A stretch of 64,000 nt of DNA from Octopus vulgaris (GCA_951406725.2 OX597840.1:20026001-20090000), one strand, 5' to 3'; shown: positions 1 through 13,057, numbered from the stretch's first letter. Notes: generated by a model not told the origin, from the sequence alone. Numbers and translations: made by a program.

Positions 1-447
1 TCTATATATAGTGATATATGTATATATACACATAGTAACACTCACACAGAACTGTATATACACATACAGACATACCTTCAAATATGTATGCATATACTTC
101 TACGTAGACATACAAACACATATATACATACATATTCCTACATAGACAAATACATACACTCTCACGCACACTCCGACGCTCACGTACACATACACGCTCA
201 CACACACACACAGTAGCACACACACACACAAACACGGTAGAACACACGCGCGTGCTCTCCCTTTTCTCTTTCTCTTTCTCTCTTACCCTCTCTCTCTGTC
301 TCTCTCCCTCTCACAACACACACCGACGCTCACTCACGTTCCTTCTCTCTCTCTTTCTTTCTCACCCCCTCTCTCTCTCTCTCACGCGCACACACATACT
401 CACGCTCCCCCTCTCTCTTTTTCTCTTTCTCTTTTTTTCTTACCCCC

Positions 448-481
<34 letters not shown>

Positions 482-1046
482 TTATATAAGTACAACCACA
501 TTTATACGTACTCTGAATACAAATGACCCCATTTTGCCATGGTAACCAGACACACACTCTCTCTCTCTCTCTCTCCCTCCCCTTCTCATCCTCCCCTTCT
601 CATCCTCCCTCCCTAACTCGCTCCTTGCCCCTCTCCCTCTCCCTCCCTAACTCGCTCCTTGCCTCTCTCCCTCTCCCTCCCTTTCAAATGTCTTTGATTT
701 TGTTATATGGTCGAAGTGACGGAGCAAGTGTGAAACGGGAGAGAGAAAAGAGAGTAGTAGTGGGAGGTAAACTGACCGTCACAGTTGAGGTGGTGGAGGT
801 GGCGGAGGTGTTATTCGATGATGGTGGTGGTTGCTATAGTGATGTTCATGGTGTTGGTGATGGCATTGACTCCGGGGAACGAAATTTGCTTAGGGATCCC
901 AAACACCAGGTCCAAATTTTTTTTTGTACAAACGAGGCCTTATTTTTCCATTACCATTTTATGTTCCTTGTTCTTCCAGAAGAAACCTCCAAGCTGCTGT
1001 TTACGGATCTCATTTTAACAGGTGGTTCCAAAAAGTCCCCGGAATA

Positions 1047-1335
1047 CTCTCTCTCTTTTACTCTTTTACTTGTTTCAGTCATTTTGACTGCGGCCATGCT
1101 GGAGCACCACCTTTAATCGAGCAACTCGACCCGGGACTTATTCTTTTGTAAGCCCAGTACCGATGCTGGTGTGTTTACGTCCCCGTCACTTAGCGGTTCG
1201 GCAAAAGAGACCGACAGAATAAGTACTGGGCTTACAAAAGAATAAGTCCCGGGGTCGAGTTGCTCGATTAAAGGCGGTGCTCCAGCATGGCCGCAGTCAA
1301 ATGACTGAAACAAGTAAAAGAGTAAAGAGAGAGAG
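1047..1335. mobile_element. Two 3' halves of SINE family A in inverted (foldback) arrangement
   Basis: 1047-1160 is the reverse complement of about 1222-1335 (gtactgggcttacaaaagaataagtcccggggtcgag...gactgaaacaagtaaaagag). 1161-1335 is a + strand 3' half of family A. Confidence 0.9.
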
Positions 1336-1603
1336 TTAAAAGCAATGGCTGTTGGCCACCTCAACGTGGTCGTTCCATTGAGAACAATGCCACTACTCTC
1401 TTTAGCCCCAGGAGGACACTTGTTCCAGCTGGTTAACGACACAATATCTGTGTCCGTTATATTGCAAACAACTTCCTATCCAGCGGTGACGACCAGTAGA
1501 GCAGAACTGGTTTCAGGGTCTTACCCTTCCTCAGTACTGGACACCTGTCTGCTAAACATGGCAGTCATCCGTCCCAGTTCGCAATATATAAATAAACAAG
1601 AAC

Positions 1604-1654
<51 letters not shown>

Positions 1655-1835
1655 AAATCTCCACCAAGGCAACAATTATTTGGCATGTTTAATAGTGCAA
1701 AGATCTATCTGGGACTGCTGTTGCAATAACTAACCCAATTAGCAGCGGAATGTAGTTCACATTTTCCAACAGCAACTATCAGTGAACCAGAGAATTGCAG
1801 GACAAAATAACTGATAATAATAATAAGAGCGTGTA

Positions 1836-2268
1836 TTTTTTTACTTAATTTTTGAGAGAGGTCGAGTTCATTTTTAGTGTTCTCGTTTGTGAGAGCAGTC
1901 GAGTTTATTTCAGATTTTCTCATTTTAAAATACATCTCTGGCTAATCGTTGAGAGGACATTGGTGTTACCTTGGTGTCGTGTCTGTTTGTCCATGGACAA
2001 GATATTTCAAGAACCGCTCGATGGATTCATATGAAACTTTCAGGGATGTTTGACCTCATAACTGGCACGAACTGATTAGATTTTGGGATCGATCCGGTAC
2101 CAGACAAGGATTCTGGAATATTTTCCTGTTTTTTTTACTTAACTTTTGAGAGTGATCAGGTTCATTTTTAGTATTCTCATTTGTGAGAGTAGTCAAGTTT
2201 ATTTCAGATATTCTCATTTTAAAAATCATCTCTGGCTAATCGTTGAGAGGACATTGGTGTTGCCTTGG
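1836..2268 (+). mobile_element. Helentron/DINE-like non-autonomous repeat with an internal direct duplication
   Basis: A block of about 140 bp (ttttttacttaa...gttgagaggacattggtgtt) occurs at about 1836-1976 and 2130-2268. Between them lies ctgtttgtcc...gatggattcatatgaaactttcagg, resembling Helentron-derived elements. The family call is from recalled motif similarity. Confidence 0.5.
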
Positions 2269-2538
2269 AAACTGAAAGAAGCCCGTCGTATATATGTATA
2301 TATATGTATGTGCGTGTATGTTTGTGTGTCTGTGTTTGTCCTCCTAGCATTGCTTGACAACCGATGGTGGTGTGTTTACGTCGCCGTCACTTAGCGGTTC
2401 GGGAAAAGAGACCGATAGAATAAGTACTGGGCTTACAAAAAAAGAATAAGTCCCGGGGTCGAGTTGCTCGACTAAAGGCGGTGCTCCAGCATGGCCGCAG
2501 TCAAATGACAGAAACAAGTAAAAGAGTAAAAGAGAGTA
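2267..2538 (+). mobile_element. SINE family A, 5'-truncated copy
   Basis: Runs from ggaaactgaaagaagcccgtcg through an internal (TA/TG) tract to cagtcaaatgacagaaacaagtaaaagagtaaaa; matches the other copies in the window. Confidence 0.9.
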
Positions 2539-2997
2539 AAACGGTTTAAAGAAAATTGAAACATTTTATAGATTTGAATTGAGATCTAAATTACTGAAAG
2601 ATGTGTTTTAAAAAAATTAAAATTAATTTTGCAACGTAGGCGCAATGAAATGAAGTGTTTTGCTCAAGGAAACAACGGATCGCCAGGTCTTTCGCGACAC
2701 CTTGGATCTAGGAACCTTTCGCCGCTCCCTCGTATGTGGGATACAAAATATAAACAATTACTGACACACAAAATTAATTTTTAGTTTATTTTTCGAAATG
2801 AAACAAAACAAAACAATAGTAAAATGGAAAATGGGAAATAATGTTTATTTTTGTAGACTTCCACTTTATTTAGATTTCAAAACGTTTCGACTGTTTTTTT
2901 AAAATTTTAATTGCCAAGCCTTTGAGCAGATTCTCACTATGATAACATGGGCACTTCGACATTACATTTCTGATAACATAAACCACTTTGAATACTA

Positions 2998-3411
2998 TTT
3001 ACATACACACACACACACACAAGGAACATATACACACACACAAGGAACACACACACATGCAACACAGACAGACAAGCAACACAAACACACACGTACACAC
3101 ACACAAGGAACACACACACACACACACAAGGAACTCACACACACACACAAGGAACATATACACACACACAAGGAACACACACACACACACACACACAAGG
3201 AACATATACACACACACAAGGAACACACACACACATGCAACACAGACAGACAGCAACACACACACACACACACGCACACACAAGGAACGTACACACTCAC
3301 ACACATACACACAAGGAACTCACACATACACACAAGGAACACACATACACACACACACACACACACATGCAACACACATAGACAAGCAACTCACGCACAC
3401 ATGCACACAAG

Positions 3412-3441
<30 letters not shown>
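2998..3441. repeat. Compound (CA)n microsatellite with CAAGGAA-spaced higher-order units
   Basis: Repeated acacacacaaggaac units. Confidence 0.9.
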
Positions 3442-3442
<1 letters not shown>

Positions 3443-3949
3443 AGGACGGACAAAACCACCAGTAAGATGGAAAAGAATGTTTGTTTTAGTATCCAACCAC
3501 TTTATTTATATTCGGAAAGTCTTCTACATTTTTTCTTAATTGTAGACTCTTTGATCAGGGTCTCAGAATTAATCTTATGTAACGCATCTGCTTCTGTACT
3601 TAGCAAGAGATAAGGCGTCCCGAATATTATTCTAGCAAGTTTAAAGTGATTGCTTTTGTGACATAAACCATTTACCATTTTGGTGGGGGCCCCACTCCTA
3701 CCCTTGATGTCCTAAGCACGTGTTTATATTGCGAAATGGTTGATCCAGTGCTAGGGACCGCTGACACGAACTACCAGAGAGCGGAGAGATTGATTCGCGC
3801 TGAGACACACGAGTTGTAAACCCGTGGTTTTTCCGCACAACTGGACTCTGATCAGAATGCATTACGGAAAACGGCGGAAGAGTTTGAGTATCGTAAAATG
3901 TGTGTAGGGAATGTGAGTGCCTCCTCGGCAGCTGATATTCGATTTGAAG

Positions 3950-4040
3950 GAGAGATAAAATGGAAGTCTGCTCTGATCTAAATGTAAATGTAATATGTGA
4001 CAATTATTCAGTAAGCATGATAAAACTCCGAGTTTCGGAT
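3950..4040 (-). mobile_element. Truncated copy of hammerhead-bearing repeat R4
   Basis: tgtaaatgtaatatgtgacaattattc...catgataaaactccgagtttcggat matches 45985-46043. Only the GAAA/helix III/helix I 3' side remains. Confidence 0.7.
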
Positions 4041-4059
4041 TTTATCAGATGGCTGGATA

Positions 4060-4318
4060 ACTGAATAGATGTTTCTTAAAGGAGGGACATATTCATTATG
4101 CACAGAATGTTATTTACCTAAATGGAGGTCAGCGATTGGTTAAAATTGCCGAAATGCTCGAAATTAAAGACGAAATATGTTACAACATATAGAATTTTCT
4201 CAATAAAGCCAAGAAAAAAATGATGTCTTATTAGCACATTCTACCAGTATACGATGTTTAAAACTTTTTGGTTACCTAGAAATTATGTTACAAAGTGCCG
4301 TTCAAAAGGAAAAGATCC
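4060..4318 (+). mobile_element. Right-hand part of the GGATC-terminal MITE
   Basis: Homologous to 6080-6324 and ends in gccgttcaaaaggaaaagatcc, the reverse complement of the left TIR. Confidence 0.8.
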
Positions 4319-4338
4319 ATATATATATATATATATAT

Positions 4339-4425
<87 letters not shown>

Positions 4426-4480
4426 TTGTATATTTGTATGTACGTGTATGTGTGTGTGTAGATAGATAGATAGATTGATT

Positions 4481-4567
<87 letters not shown>

Positions 4568-5506
4568 CTCGTTGTTGGTAGATAGATGGATGGATGGAGG
4601 GATAGATTGATAGACAAATAGATAGATTTTTGCTTGTATGTATCTGTCTGTACTCCTGTGTATGTGAGTGTGTTCATGCATGTGTGTTTATGTGTGCATT
4701 TGAATGCGTGTTTGTGTCTAAAAATATATCTTACAAGTTTCTTTAGTGAGAGAAAAAAAAAACCTTCGATAAAATCTGCATAAATAAATAAATAAATAAA
4801 TATATAAATACATACAAAACACTCCTTCCTCACCCTCGAAGCTTCTCCTTCGCCTGACGCACCCCCGTGACGACGAAAAAGAAAACACACACACACACAA
4901 ACATACAAAACAAAACAAAATACAAATAATTAATGACGGGTAAAGAAGGGGTACGAAATAAAAGTATTAAATTTCAAAGTTTTTTTCCTTTATCTTTTGT
5001 TGTTTTTTTTCTTTTTTCTTAAACGGGGTGTTTTTTTCTACCCGGATTTATTTGTCCCCTAAAAACCCTAAACATTCTCGCCCGATTGGGTCGAAAATGG
5101 TTGAATTTGTATGATGACAAACCAATAGAAAAGGGGCTCTGTTTACAGGTGACTCTCCTGTGTTATTTAGGGTGGGGGCCATAAGGAGTGGCGTGTATAG
5201 AGACTAACTGAACAAATACACAAATTCCTTATACACACATCTACACATGTATGTTGGTATGTATATACATACATATATATATATGTGTGTATGTGTGTGT
5301 TTATACCTACATGCAGGCGTGTCTGTTGCTCCCAAACAACATGCCTTGGTTCCGGGTTCAGGGTTCAGTCACACTGCGTGACGCCTTGAGTACCCTGGGC
5401 TGACAAAATCTTTGGCAGGTGATATGGTTGACACAAACCGAAAGAAGCGCGATATACATACATACATACATACGTATACATACATACATATATATACATA
5501 CATACA

Positions 5507-5540
<34 letters not shown>

Positions 5541-5562
5541 CATATACATACATACATACATT

Positions 5563-5803
5563 GGATCTATTCGGTTTGAACGGCAGTTTTTTCTAGCGAT
5601 GTCATGAAATTGTCACCCATAATTATGACCCTAGTATCGATCTATTGCATTTCAATCTGTTTTAGGGTTAGGGTTAGGGTTAGGGGTGGGGGAAGGATAT
5701 CTTTTTTTTCTTCACAAATGTAAATAAACCCAAACTGTTTCCTAAACGAGGGACATATTCATACGGCACAGAATGTTTTTTTTACCTCAATAGACGTCAC
5801 TGA
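5563..5803 (+). mobile_element. Left-hand part of the GGATC-terminal MITE with internal (TTAGGG)n
   Basis: Starts ggatctattcggtttgaacggcag and is near-identical to 5903-6145; contains ttagggttagggttagggttagggg. Confidence 0.85.
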
Positions 5804-5902
5804 TGTCGAGAATAAAGGAATTTTGTTAAATCATCGTTCGACTCCATTCTTTCATTTATAAATGGAACCCGAACGTAAAAGTTTTTTTCGAAGAAAATAG
5901 TG

Positions 5903-6569
5903 GGATCTTTTCGGTTTGAACGGCAGTTTTTTTCTAGCGGTGTCATATAAAATTGTCACCCATAATTATGACCCCAGTATCGATCTATTGCATTTCAATC
6001 TGTTTTAGGGTTGGGGTTAGTTAGGGTTAGGGATGGGGGGAGGGTATATTTTTTTCTTCACAAATGTAAATAAACCCAATCTGTTTCTTAAACGAGGGAC
6101 ATATCCATACGGCACAATGTTTTTTCACCTCAATAGACGTCATTGATTGGTTGAAATTGCAGAAATTGAAGAAAAAAACAACAAATATCTTACAAACTAC
6201 AGAATTTTCTCAATAAAGCCAAGAGAAAAAGATGTTTTATAAACACATTCTACCAGTATACGAAGTTTAAAAGTGTTTAGTTACGTGGAAATTATTTTTA
6301 AAAACTGCCGTTCAAACCGAAAAGTGTATCTATTTCTTTATTGCCCACAGGGGGCTAAACATAGAGGGGACAAACAAGGACAGACAAAGGGATTAAGTCA
6401 ATTACATCGACCCAGTGCGTAACTGGTACTTATTTAATCGACCCCGAAAGGATGAAAGGCAAAGTCGACCTCGGCGGAATTTGAACTCAGAACGTAGCGG
6501 CAGACGAAATACGGCTACACATTTCGCCCGGCGTGCTAACGGTTCTGCCAGCTCGCCGCCTTCAGATCC
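5903..6569 (+). mobile_element. Full-length MITE (TIR GGATCTTTTCGGTTTGAACGGCAGTTTTT, 8-bp TSD AAATAGTG) with a SINE inserted in its right TIR
   Basis: aaatagtg occurs at 5895-5902 and 6570-6577. The right TIR aaaaactgccgttcaaaccgaaaag (to 6324) resumes as agatcc at 6564-6569. Confidence 0.85.
6329..6562 (-). mobile_element. SINE family B (MetaSINE-like), full length
   Basis: Minus strand: head ggcggcgagctggcagaa (A box-like), gagttcaaattc (B box), Meta-like domain gcctttcatcctttcggggtcgattaaataagtaccag, and tail gggcaataaagaaatag. Confidence 0.9.
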
Positions 6570-6954
6570 AAATAGTGTATCATCGTTGACAAGGCCGTTA
6601 GCGATGTGATTTTAAAGAGAACACGAGCGCGACAAGGCTGATTGTTGTGACCTATCCTTCGCTCGGTCTCACCATCGTACAATAGAATGATTAGTCTAAA
6701 AGAAGAAGTGAGGGAAATTGTGTGAGTAAAATGGAGAGGATAGGCACAGATGTGGTGAGAGTGAGACTTGGAGAAGAAATATTGTGAGAAGCGAAAACGG
6801 AAACTGAAAGAGAAATTTTCTAGATTTTAAAAAGAACGGAGTAAATTTTCTAAGAAAAAACAGACGATAATAAAGAAGAGGAAAGAAAGGAAAAGAGAAA
6901 TACTTAAGGGAAGGGAGGGAAAATTTGAATAGAATTAGATACACACAGACATAC

Positions 6955-7232
6955 GTGGGTGTGTGTGTGTGCAAGTTTGTATGTGTGTGTGTTCTTGTGT
7001 GTATGTATGCGTTGTGTGTATGTGTGTGTTCGTGTTGTGTGTGTTATGTGTGTGTTCGTATTGTGTGTGTGTTCGTGTTGTGTGTGTTGTGTGTGTGTTC
7101 CTATTGTGTGTGTTGGTGTGTGTGTTGTGTATGCGTGTGTTGGTGTGTGTGTTGTGTATGCGTGTGTATTCGTGTGTGTGTATGTGTTGTGTGTATGTTG
7201 TGTATGCGTGTGTGTTCGTGTGTGTGTATGTG

Positions 7233-7267
<35 letters not shown>

Positions 7268-7585
7268 GGGTGTGTGTATGTGTTGGGTGTGTGTGTTGTT
7301 ATGCATGTGTGTTATGTGTGTGTGTATTTGTGTATATGTTGCATATGTGTGTGTGTATTGTGTGTTGTATGTATGTGTTGTGTATGCGAGTTTGTGTGTG
7401 TGTGTTGTGTGTCGTATGTATGTGTTGTGTGCATGTGTTTGTGTGTGTGTTGTGAGTGTGTTATATATACGTGTTGTGTGTGATGTGTGTATGTGTTGTG
7501 TGTGTATTGTAGATGTGTGTGGATTGTGTATGTGTGTCATGCTTGTGTATGTTGTGTCGTGTTGTGTGTGTGTACGTGTGTGTGA
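6955..7585. repeat. Degenerate (GT)n/(GTTGT) microsatellite
   Basis: Direct inspection. Confidence 0.95.
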
Positions 7586-7669
7586 TTATGTCTGACAAAA
7601 CAAAAACGAACTCAATACACAAGAGTATGCACGCACACATACACACACGCGGGCGCATGCGCACATATC

Positions 7670-8025
7670 TATTGTGTTTTGGTCATTGGAGGGTGGCCAT
7701 GGTGGGCACGACTTCAAGGGCTTTAGTTAAAGAGACTGTCTCCAATACTTTTCTTTCTCTTAAGTCTTGACTTATTTGATCGGTACCGTTTGTCGAAATG
7801 CTAAGTTACCTGGGCGTGAACAAACCATCACAGGTTGTCAAGCAGTGGTGAAGGTGAGTTAGCACAAGCACATATATACGACGGGCTTCCGCATAGTTTC
7901 CGTCTACCAGATTCACTAACAAGGCATTGATCGACCCCGGGGCTTCAGTAGAGGACGCCTGTCCGCTGAACCCGAAAGCAAGTCAGTTGGGAAACGAGTT
8001 TCTTAACCACACCAGCCATGGCTGC
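7670..8025 (-). mobile_element. Old, diverged SINE family A copy
   Basis: Recognisable gttgtcaagc, acgacgggcttc and tttccgtctacca blocks. Confidence 0.7.
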
Positions 8026-8030
8026 GATTA

Positions 8031-8076
<46 letters not shown>

Positions 8077-8077
<1 letters not shown>

Positions 8078-8456
8078 TCTTTTATTTGTTTCAGACATTT
8101 GACAGCGGTCATGCTGGAGCACCGCCTTTAGTCGAACAAATCGACACCAGGAAATTATTCTTTGGAAGCCTAGTTCTTATTCCATCGGTCTATTTTGCCG
8201 AACCGCTAAGATATGGGGACGTAAACACACCAGCATCGGTTGTCAAGCAATGGTGGAGGGGAAAAACACAGACACACATACATATACATACATATACGAC
8301 GGGCTTCTTTCAGTTTTCCTCAACCAAAACCACTCACAAGGCTTTGGTCGACCCGGGGCTATGGTAGAAGACATTTGCCCAAGGTACCACGCAGTGGGAC
8401 TGAACCCGGAATCGTGTGGTTGGTAACAAGCTACTTACTACACAGCCACGCTTGCG

Positions 8457-8459
<3 letters not shown>
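8077..8459 (-). mobile_element. SINE family A (tRNA head, CORE-like ccttgggcaa motif), near full length
   Basis: Minus strand head aggcgcaagcgtggctgtgtagtaag...gggttcagtccc (A/B boxes), with body and tail as in the other copies. Confidence 0.9.
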
Positions 8460-8504
<45 letters not shown>

Positions 8505-8595
8505 GGTATAATCCTTAAATCCTTAAAAATGTTTTAGCCCGAAGGCCGCGGCCATGCTGGGGCACCACCGCTGTATATATAATATATATATTATA

Positions 8596-8656
<61 letters not shown>

Positions 8657-8783
8657 AATATCGACACACACACACATATTTAAAAGTATATATACGTCTA
8701 TATATACCAATATAGACATTTATATGTATTTATAAATATTATATGCCTATATAAATATATATATATATATATAATGTATATAA

Positions 8784-8819
<36 letters not shown>

Positions 8820-9210
8820 GCATACACGCATACATACATACATACATGCATACATACAAACATACATACATACACACATACACACATACGTACATACATA
8901 CATACATACATACTTACATACATACATGCATACATACATACATACATACATACATGCATACATACATACATACATGCATACATACATACATACATACATG
9001 CATACATACATACACGCAGCATGTTCACACGTATACGGATATACATATTATTGTGTGAACGTAAATATTTAATGAGATGCAGACCGACAGGCAGACAGGC
9101 AGACGGGACATGAAACGTCGTCGGGGGCGAAGTTACGTAACAGCTTCTGCAGGGGGAGTGTAAGAGGAAGGGGAGGAGAGTGAAGGTTTAAAAATAGAAC
9201 AGAAAAATAT

Positions 9211-9241
<31 letters not shown>

Positions 9242-9691
9242 TAAAAGGGTGGAAGACGGAGAGAGAGAGGGAGAGAAGGACAGAGAGAGGGAGCGAGATG
9301 TAAAGAAAAGAAAACGGGAGTGGCGGAGAAGGAGAGAGAGATAGAGAGAGAATAACAGAATAAGAGAAAGAAAGGAAATGACAACGTCATATAAAGAAAA
9401 TGGCTGACGTATATACAGGATTACCATAAACTATGAACACACACACATATATGCAGATATAGTCACATATATACACGGAGTTATGAGCATTTGCGTTAAC
9501 ACACAAGCATACACACACACACACACCACATACACATTTACATAGCCATGTTGACATATATTTTAGCTATAAACGCAAGCATTAAAAAACTGTTAAAAAT
9601 CACTAAGTCATTTTATCTATATCTATATATATATGTTCACTGACACATACACACACACACACTATGGCAATGAAATACCGTAGCATAATGA

Positions 9692-9833
<142 letters not shown>

Positions 9834-9854
9834 CAGCGATCACTCTCTCTCTCT

Positions 9855-9895
<41 letters not shown>

Positions 9896-10006
9896 GGTGC
9901 CCCAGCATGGCCACAGCTCATAAGCTGAAACTGGAAAAATCAAAATCAAAAATCAAATATATATATATATATTGGCTAAACTGGCAATATGACCATTCCG
10001 AAATAT

Positions 10007-10059
<53 letters not shown>

Positions 10060-10159
10060 CATACATACATATATACATACATATATATGCATATATATGT
10101 ATGTATATATATATACATACATACATACATTTCAAAATGTGACCGCGTGTGTACCGTTG

Positions 10160-10342
10160 GCGATTTTTTTCCCTCTGTCTTCCCTTCTCTGGATCTTTCC
10201 TTCTCCTATGTTTCCGACGAAGATCTCCGCTTGAAACGTTAAACCCTCCTTCTTTCCTTCTTTCTGAGCGTCCAATAATACTTTATTTGTTCCACGACCT
10301 CGCGTTGTTGTTTTTTTTGTATTTTCTTGTTTGGATTAACTT
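10160..10342 (+). mobile_element. Hammerhead-like repeat R1 (Penelope-like derivative) next to (TA)n
   Basis: Near-identical to 27265-27450; motif ccgacgaagatctccgcttgaaacgtt at 10214-10240, with helix II decayed. Confidence 0.7.
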
Positions 10343-10390
10343 TACATATATATATATATATATATACACATCTATAGATACAGACATATA

Positions 10391-10456
<66 letters not shown>

Positions 10457-10638
10457 ATATAAAAATTTATATATATATATATATATATATGTGTATACCT
10501 GCATATATATACATATACATACATACATACACACACATATATATATATATACATATATATATGTATATATATATAAATTAGAGAAAAAAGCTATATTATA
10601 AAACATAACTAGATCCCCAAAAGTATAAAAATGAATCA

Positions 10639-10691
<53 letters not shown>

Positions 10692-10912
10692 GATACATAG
10701 ATATATTTATATATGTATGTATATATATACCTAAGTATAAATATATATAAACTTTACATTATTGGAAAATCTATATGAAATTAGCTGAAGATTCCTTGAC
10801 ATTATATTTGCAGCTTTAATAAATTGTTATAGTATGAAACAATTGTACTAATCTACCGATCCATTCTTGTTGCTTATTTTTTGGTTATATATATGTATAT
10901 TTATATATATAT

Positions 10913-11131
10913 AGGCGCAGGAGTGGCTGTGTGGTCATGCTGGAGCACCGCCTTTAGTCGAACAACTAGACCCAAGGACTTATTCTTTGTAACCCTTGCT
11001 AACCAACCACATGGTTCAGGGTTCAGTCCCACTGCGTGGCACCTTGGGCAAGTGTCTTCTGCTATAGCCTCGGACCGACCAATGCCTTGTGAGTGGATTT
11101 GGTAGACGGAAACTGAAAGAAGCCCATCGTA

Positions 11132-11220
<89 letters not shown>

Positions 11221-11440
11221 TTGTGTTTGTGTTTGTGTGTCTGTGTTTGTCCCCCTAGCATTGCTTGATAACCGATGCTGGCGTGTTTATGTCCCCGTCA
11301 CTTAGCGGTTCGGCAAAAGAGACCGATAGAATAAGTACTGGGCTTACAAAGAATAAGTCCTTGGGTCTAGTTGCTCGACTAAAGGCGGTGCTTCAGCGTG
11401 GCCGCAGTCAAATGACTGAAACAAGTAAAAGAGTAAAGAG

Positions 11441-11443
<3 letters not shown>
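10913..11443 (+). mobile_element. SINE family A, full length, with an inverted tail fragment in its head and an expanded internal (TA)n
   Basis: Head aggcgcaggagtggctgtgtggt; about 10935-10993 is an antisense tail piece; tail gtaaaagagtaaagag. Confidence 0.9.
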
Positions 11444-11520
<77 letters not shown>

Positions 11521-11540
11521 CACATATATATATATATATA

Positions 11541-11687
11541 CTTTATTTAAAGCAGCAGAAAATTCAACAAAACCTGTTACTCTGAGTTTCCCGTTGCCGT
11601 TCATTCTAGCAAAAACTGTCCGACGAACGGAAACGTGAAACTCAGAGTAACAGGTTTTGTTGAATTTTCTGCTGCTTTAAATAAAGC
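11541..11687. repeat. Palindrome with perfect arms of about 50 bp (head-to-head copies of a Penelope-like terminal repeat)
   Basis: ctttatttaaagcagcagaaaattcaacaaaacctgttactctgagtttc (11541-11590) has its exact reverse complement at about 11637-11687. Confidence 0.92.
11612..11658 (+). ncRNA. Type I hammerhead ribozyme-like fold (U4C core variant)
   Basis: Helix I AAAA-CUGU / ACAG(G)UUUU; core CCGACGA; helix II ACG-GAAA-CGU; GAA; helix III ACU-CAG-AGU; cleavage triplet GUA at 11647-11649. Confidence 0.7.
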
Positions 11688-11754
11688 ATATTACTCTACC
11701 CCTGGTATTTGAGTACTCTTTTTCCACCTTGTTTCACATTTATGTGTTTACTCC

Positions 11755-11810
<56 letters not shown>

Positions 11811-12577
11811 TAGATAGATAGATATAAACACAGCTCTCATATACACAACCTTGCAAACCCAAGTATACACGCAGTGACTCTCTCTGTCAGATACGCGCTC
11901 GCGCGCACCCAATCGTCGACACACACGCATAAAGAATCATATTCATAGAACCGTTGACATTCTATCTTCCCCCACCCGCCCTCTGTCGCTTGCATGACGT
12001 AACAGGATGAGAACAGGGGCAGATAAGCCGTGCGCCGGTTCAGGGAGTGTGTTCTCCGTGGGTGTATGTGTACGCAGATATGTATTAATATCTGTGTAAA
12101 TGCGTGGCGGGGGAGAATTAGAAAAACCGATGAAATGTACTTAAGAGAGTAAAGAAGGAGTTGGAAGATTAAAAAACGAGAAAAAAAACACGATTCTGAG
12201 ACGAAGAGAGAGAAAAAATAATAATGGTTACAGAGGAAAAAAAAGCAGAGAGAGTGAGAGAGTAGGAGGTGACGAAGGAAGGAGTTGTAGTATGAGGAGG
12301 TAGAAAAAGCCGGACATGGAAGGAGGAGGAAAGGGGGGGAGATTGTGAGAGGGGGAGATTGTGTAGCGAAGCGGCGAGGATAGAAGCAACCGTTGGGTGC
12401 GATGTGGTGCGTTGACATGCTTCGGTTCCGGCTTCTGCGACGACCTTTGCGATAGGAACTATATCACGTGATGTTTGTCTTTTGCTTGGTATCTACACAC
12501 ACACACACACATATATATATGACTGGAACGTATGAAGGAATAAAAAGAATGTGTGTATTTATGTATGTATATGTATG

Positions 12578-12613
<36 letters not shown>

Positions 12614-12614
<1 letters not shown>

Positions 12615-12683
12615 CCAGATAACCGAAGAGATGGTGTTGTGGATTCCCACTTCGGCATCTGAAACTCAGAGTTTTATCTTGAC
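12614..12683 (+). ncRNA. Decayed type I hammerhead (repeat R4)
   Basis: gccagataa CCGAAGA gatggtg..gtgg-attc-ccac..cggcatct GAAA ctcagag TT ttatc; homologous to 46016-46087. The repeat continues to about 12792. Confidence 0.65.
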
Positions 12684-12789
12684 TATCGAGTAATGTAACA
12701 TATTATTTTATAGATAAATTTCCTCTATTTACATAATATTGAGGTCTCTTTCTTTCTTTCTTTCTTTCTTTTGTTATCTTACCGTTTTA

Positions 12790-12838
<49 letters not shown>

Positions 12839-12841
<3 letters not shown>

Positions 12842-13057
12842 TGCTTTTCAAACTTTTTGCTGGAGCGGAACTCCAAGGAAACATTCCACTGACTCGAGGA
12901 ACCCCTGTGCAATAATTTAATAGTCTTATGCACACATATCTGCACAGGAGAATTAAAAATTACTGCCGATTTTAGCAGTTTTGTAACTTCTTGCGGAACC
13001 CCTGGACTGTACTGGCGGAACCCTAAGGTTCCGAGGAACCCTGGTTGAAAACCACTG
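12839..13057 (+). mobile_element. hAT (Charlie-like) MITE
   Basis: TIRs cagtgcttttcaa / ttgaaaaccactg; flanks atatatat / atacatat (8 bp, 1 mismatch); subterminal ggaacccc repeats. Confidence 0.85.

Noticed and set aside
870-1046. MITE bounded by tccgggga / tccccgga, or an exon within ORF 523-1116
   Set aside because: Only an 8-bp inverted match with no clear TSD; the ORF is a chimera of (CT)n, unique and SINE sequence.
5663-5685. True telomere or chromosome-fusion scar
   Set aside because: Only 3-4 TTAGGG units, and they are internal to a repeated MITE.
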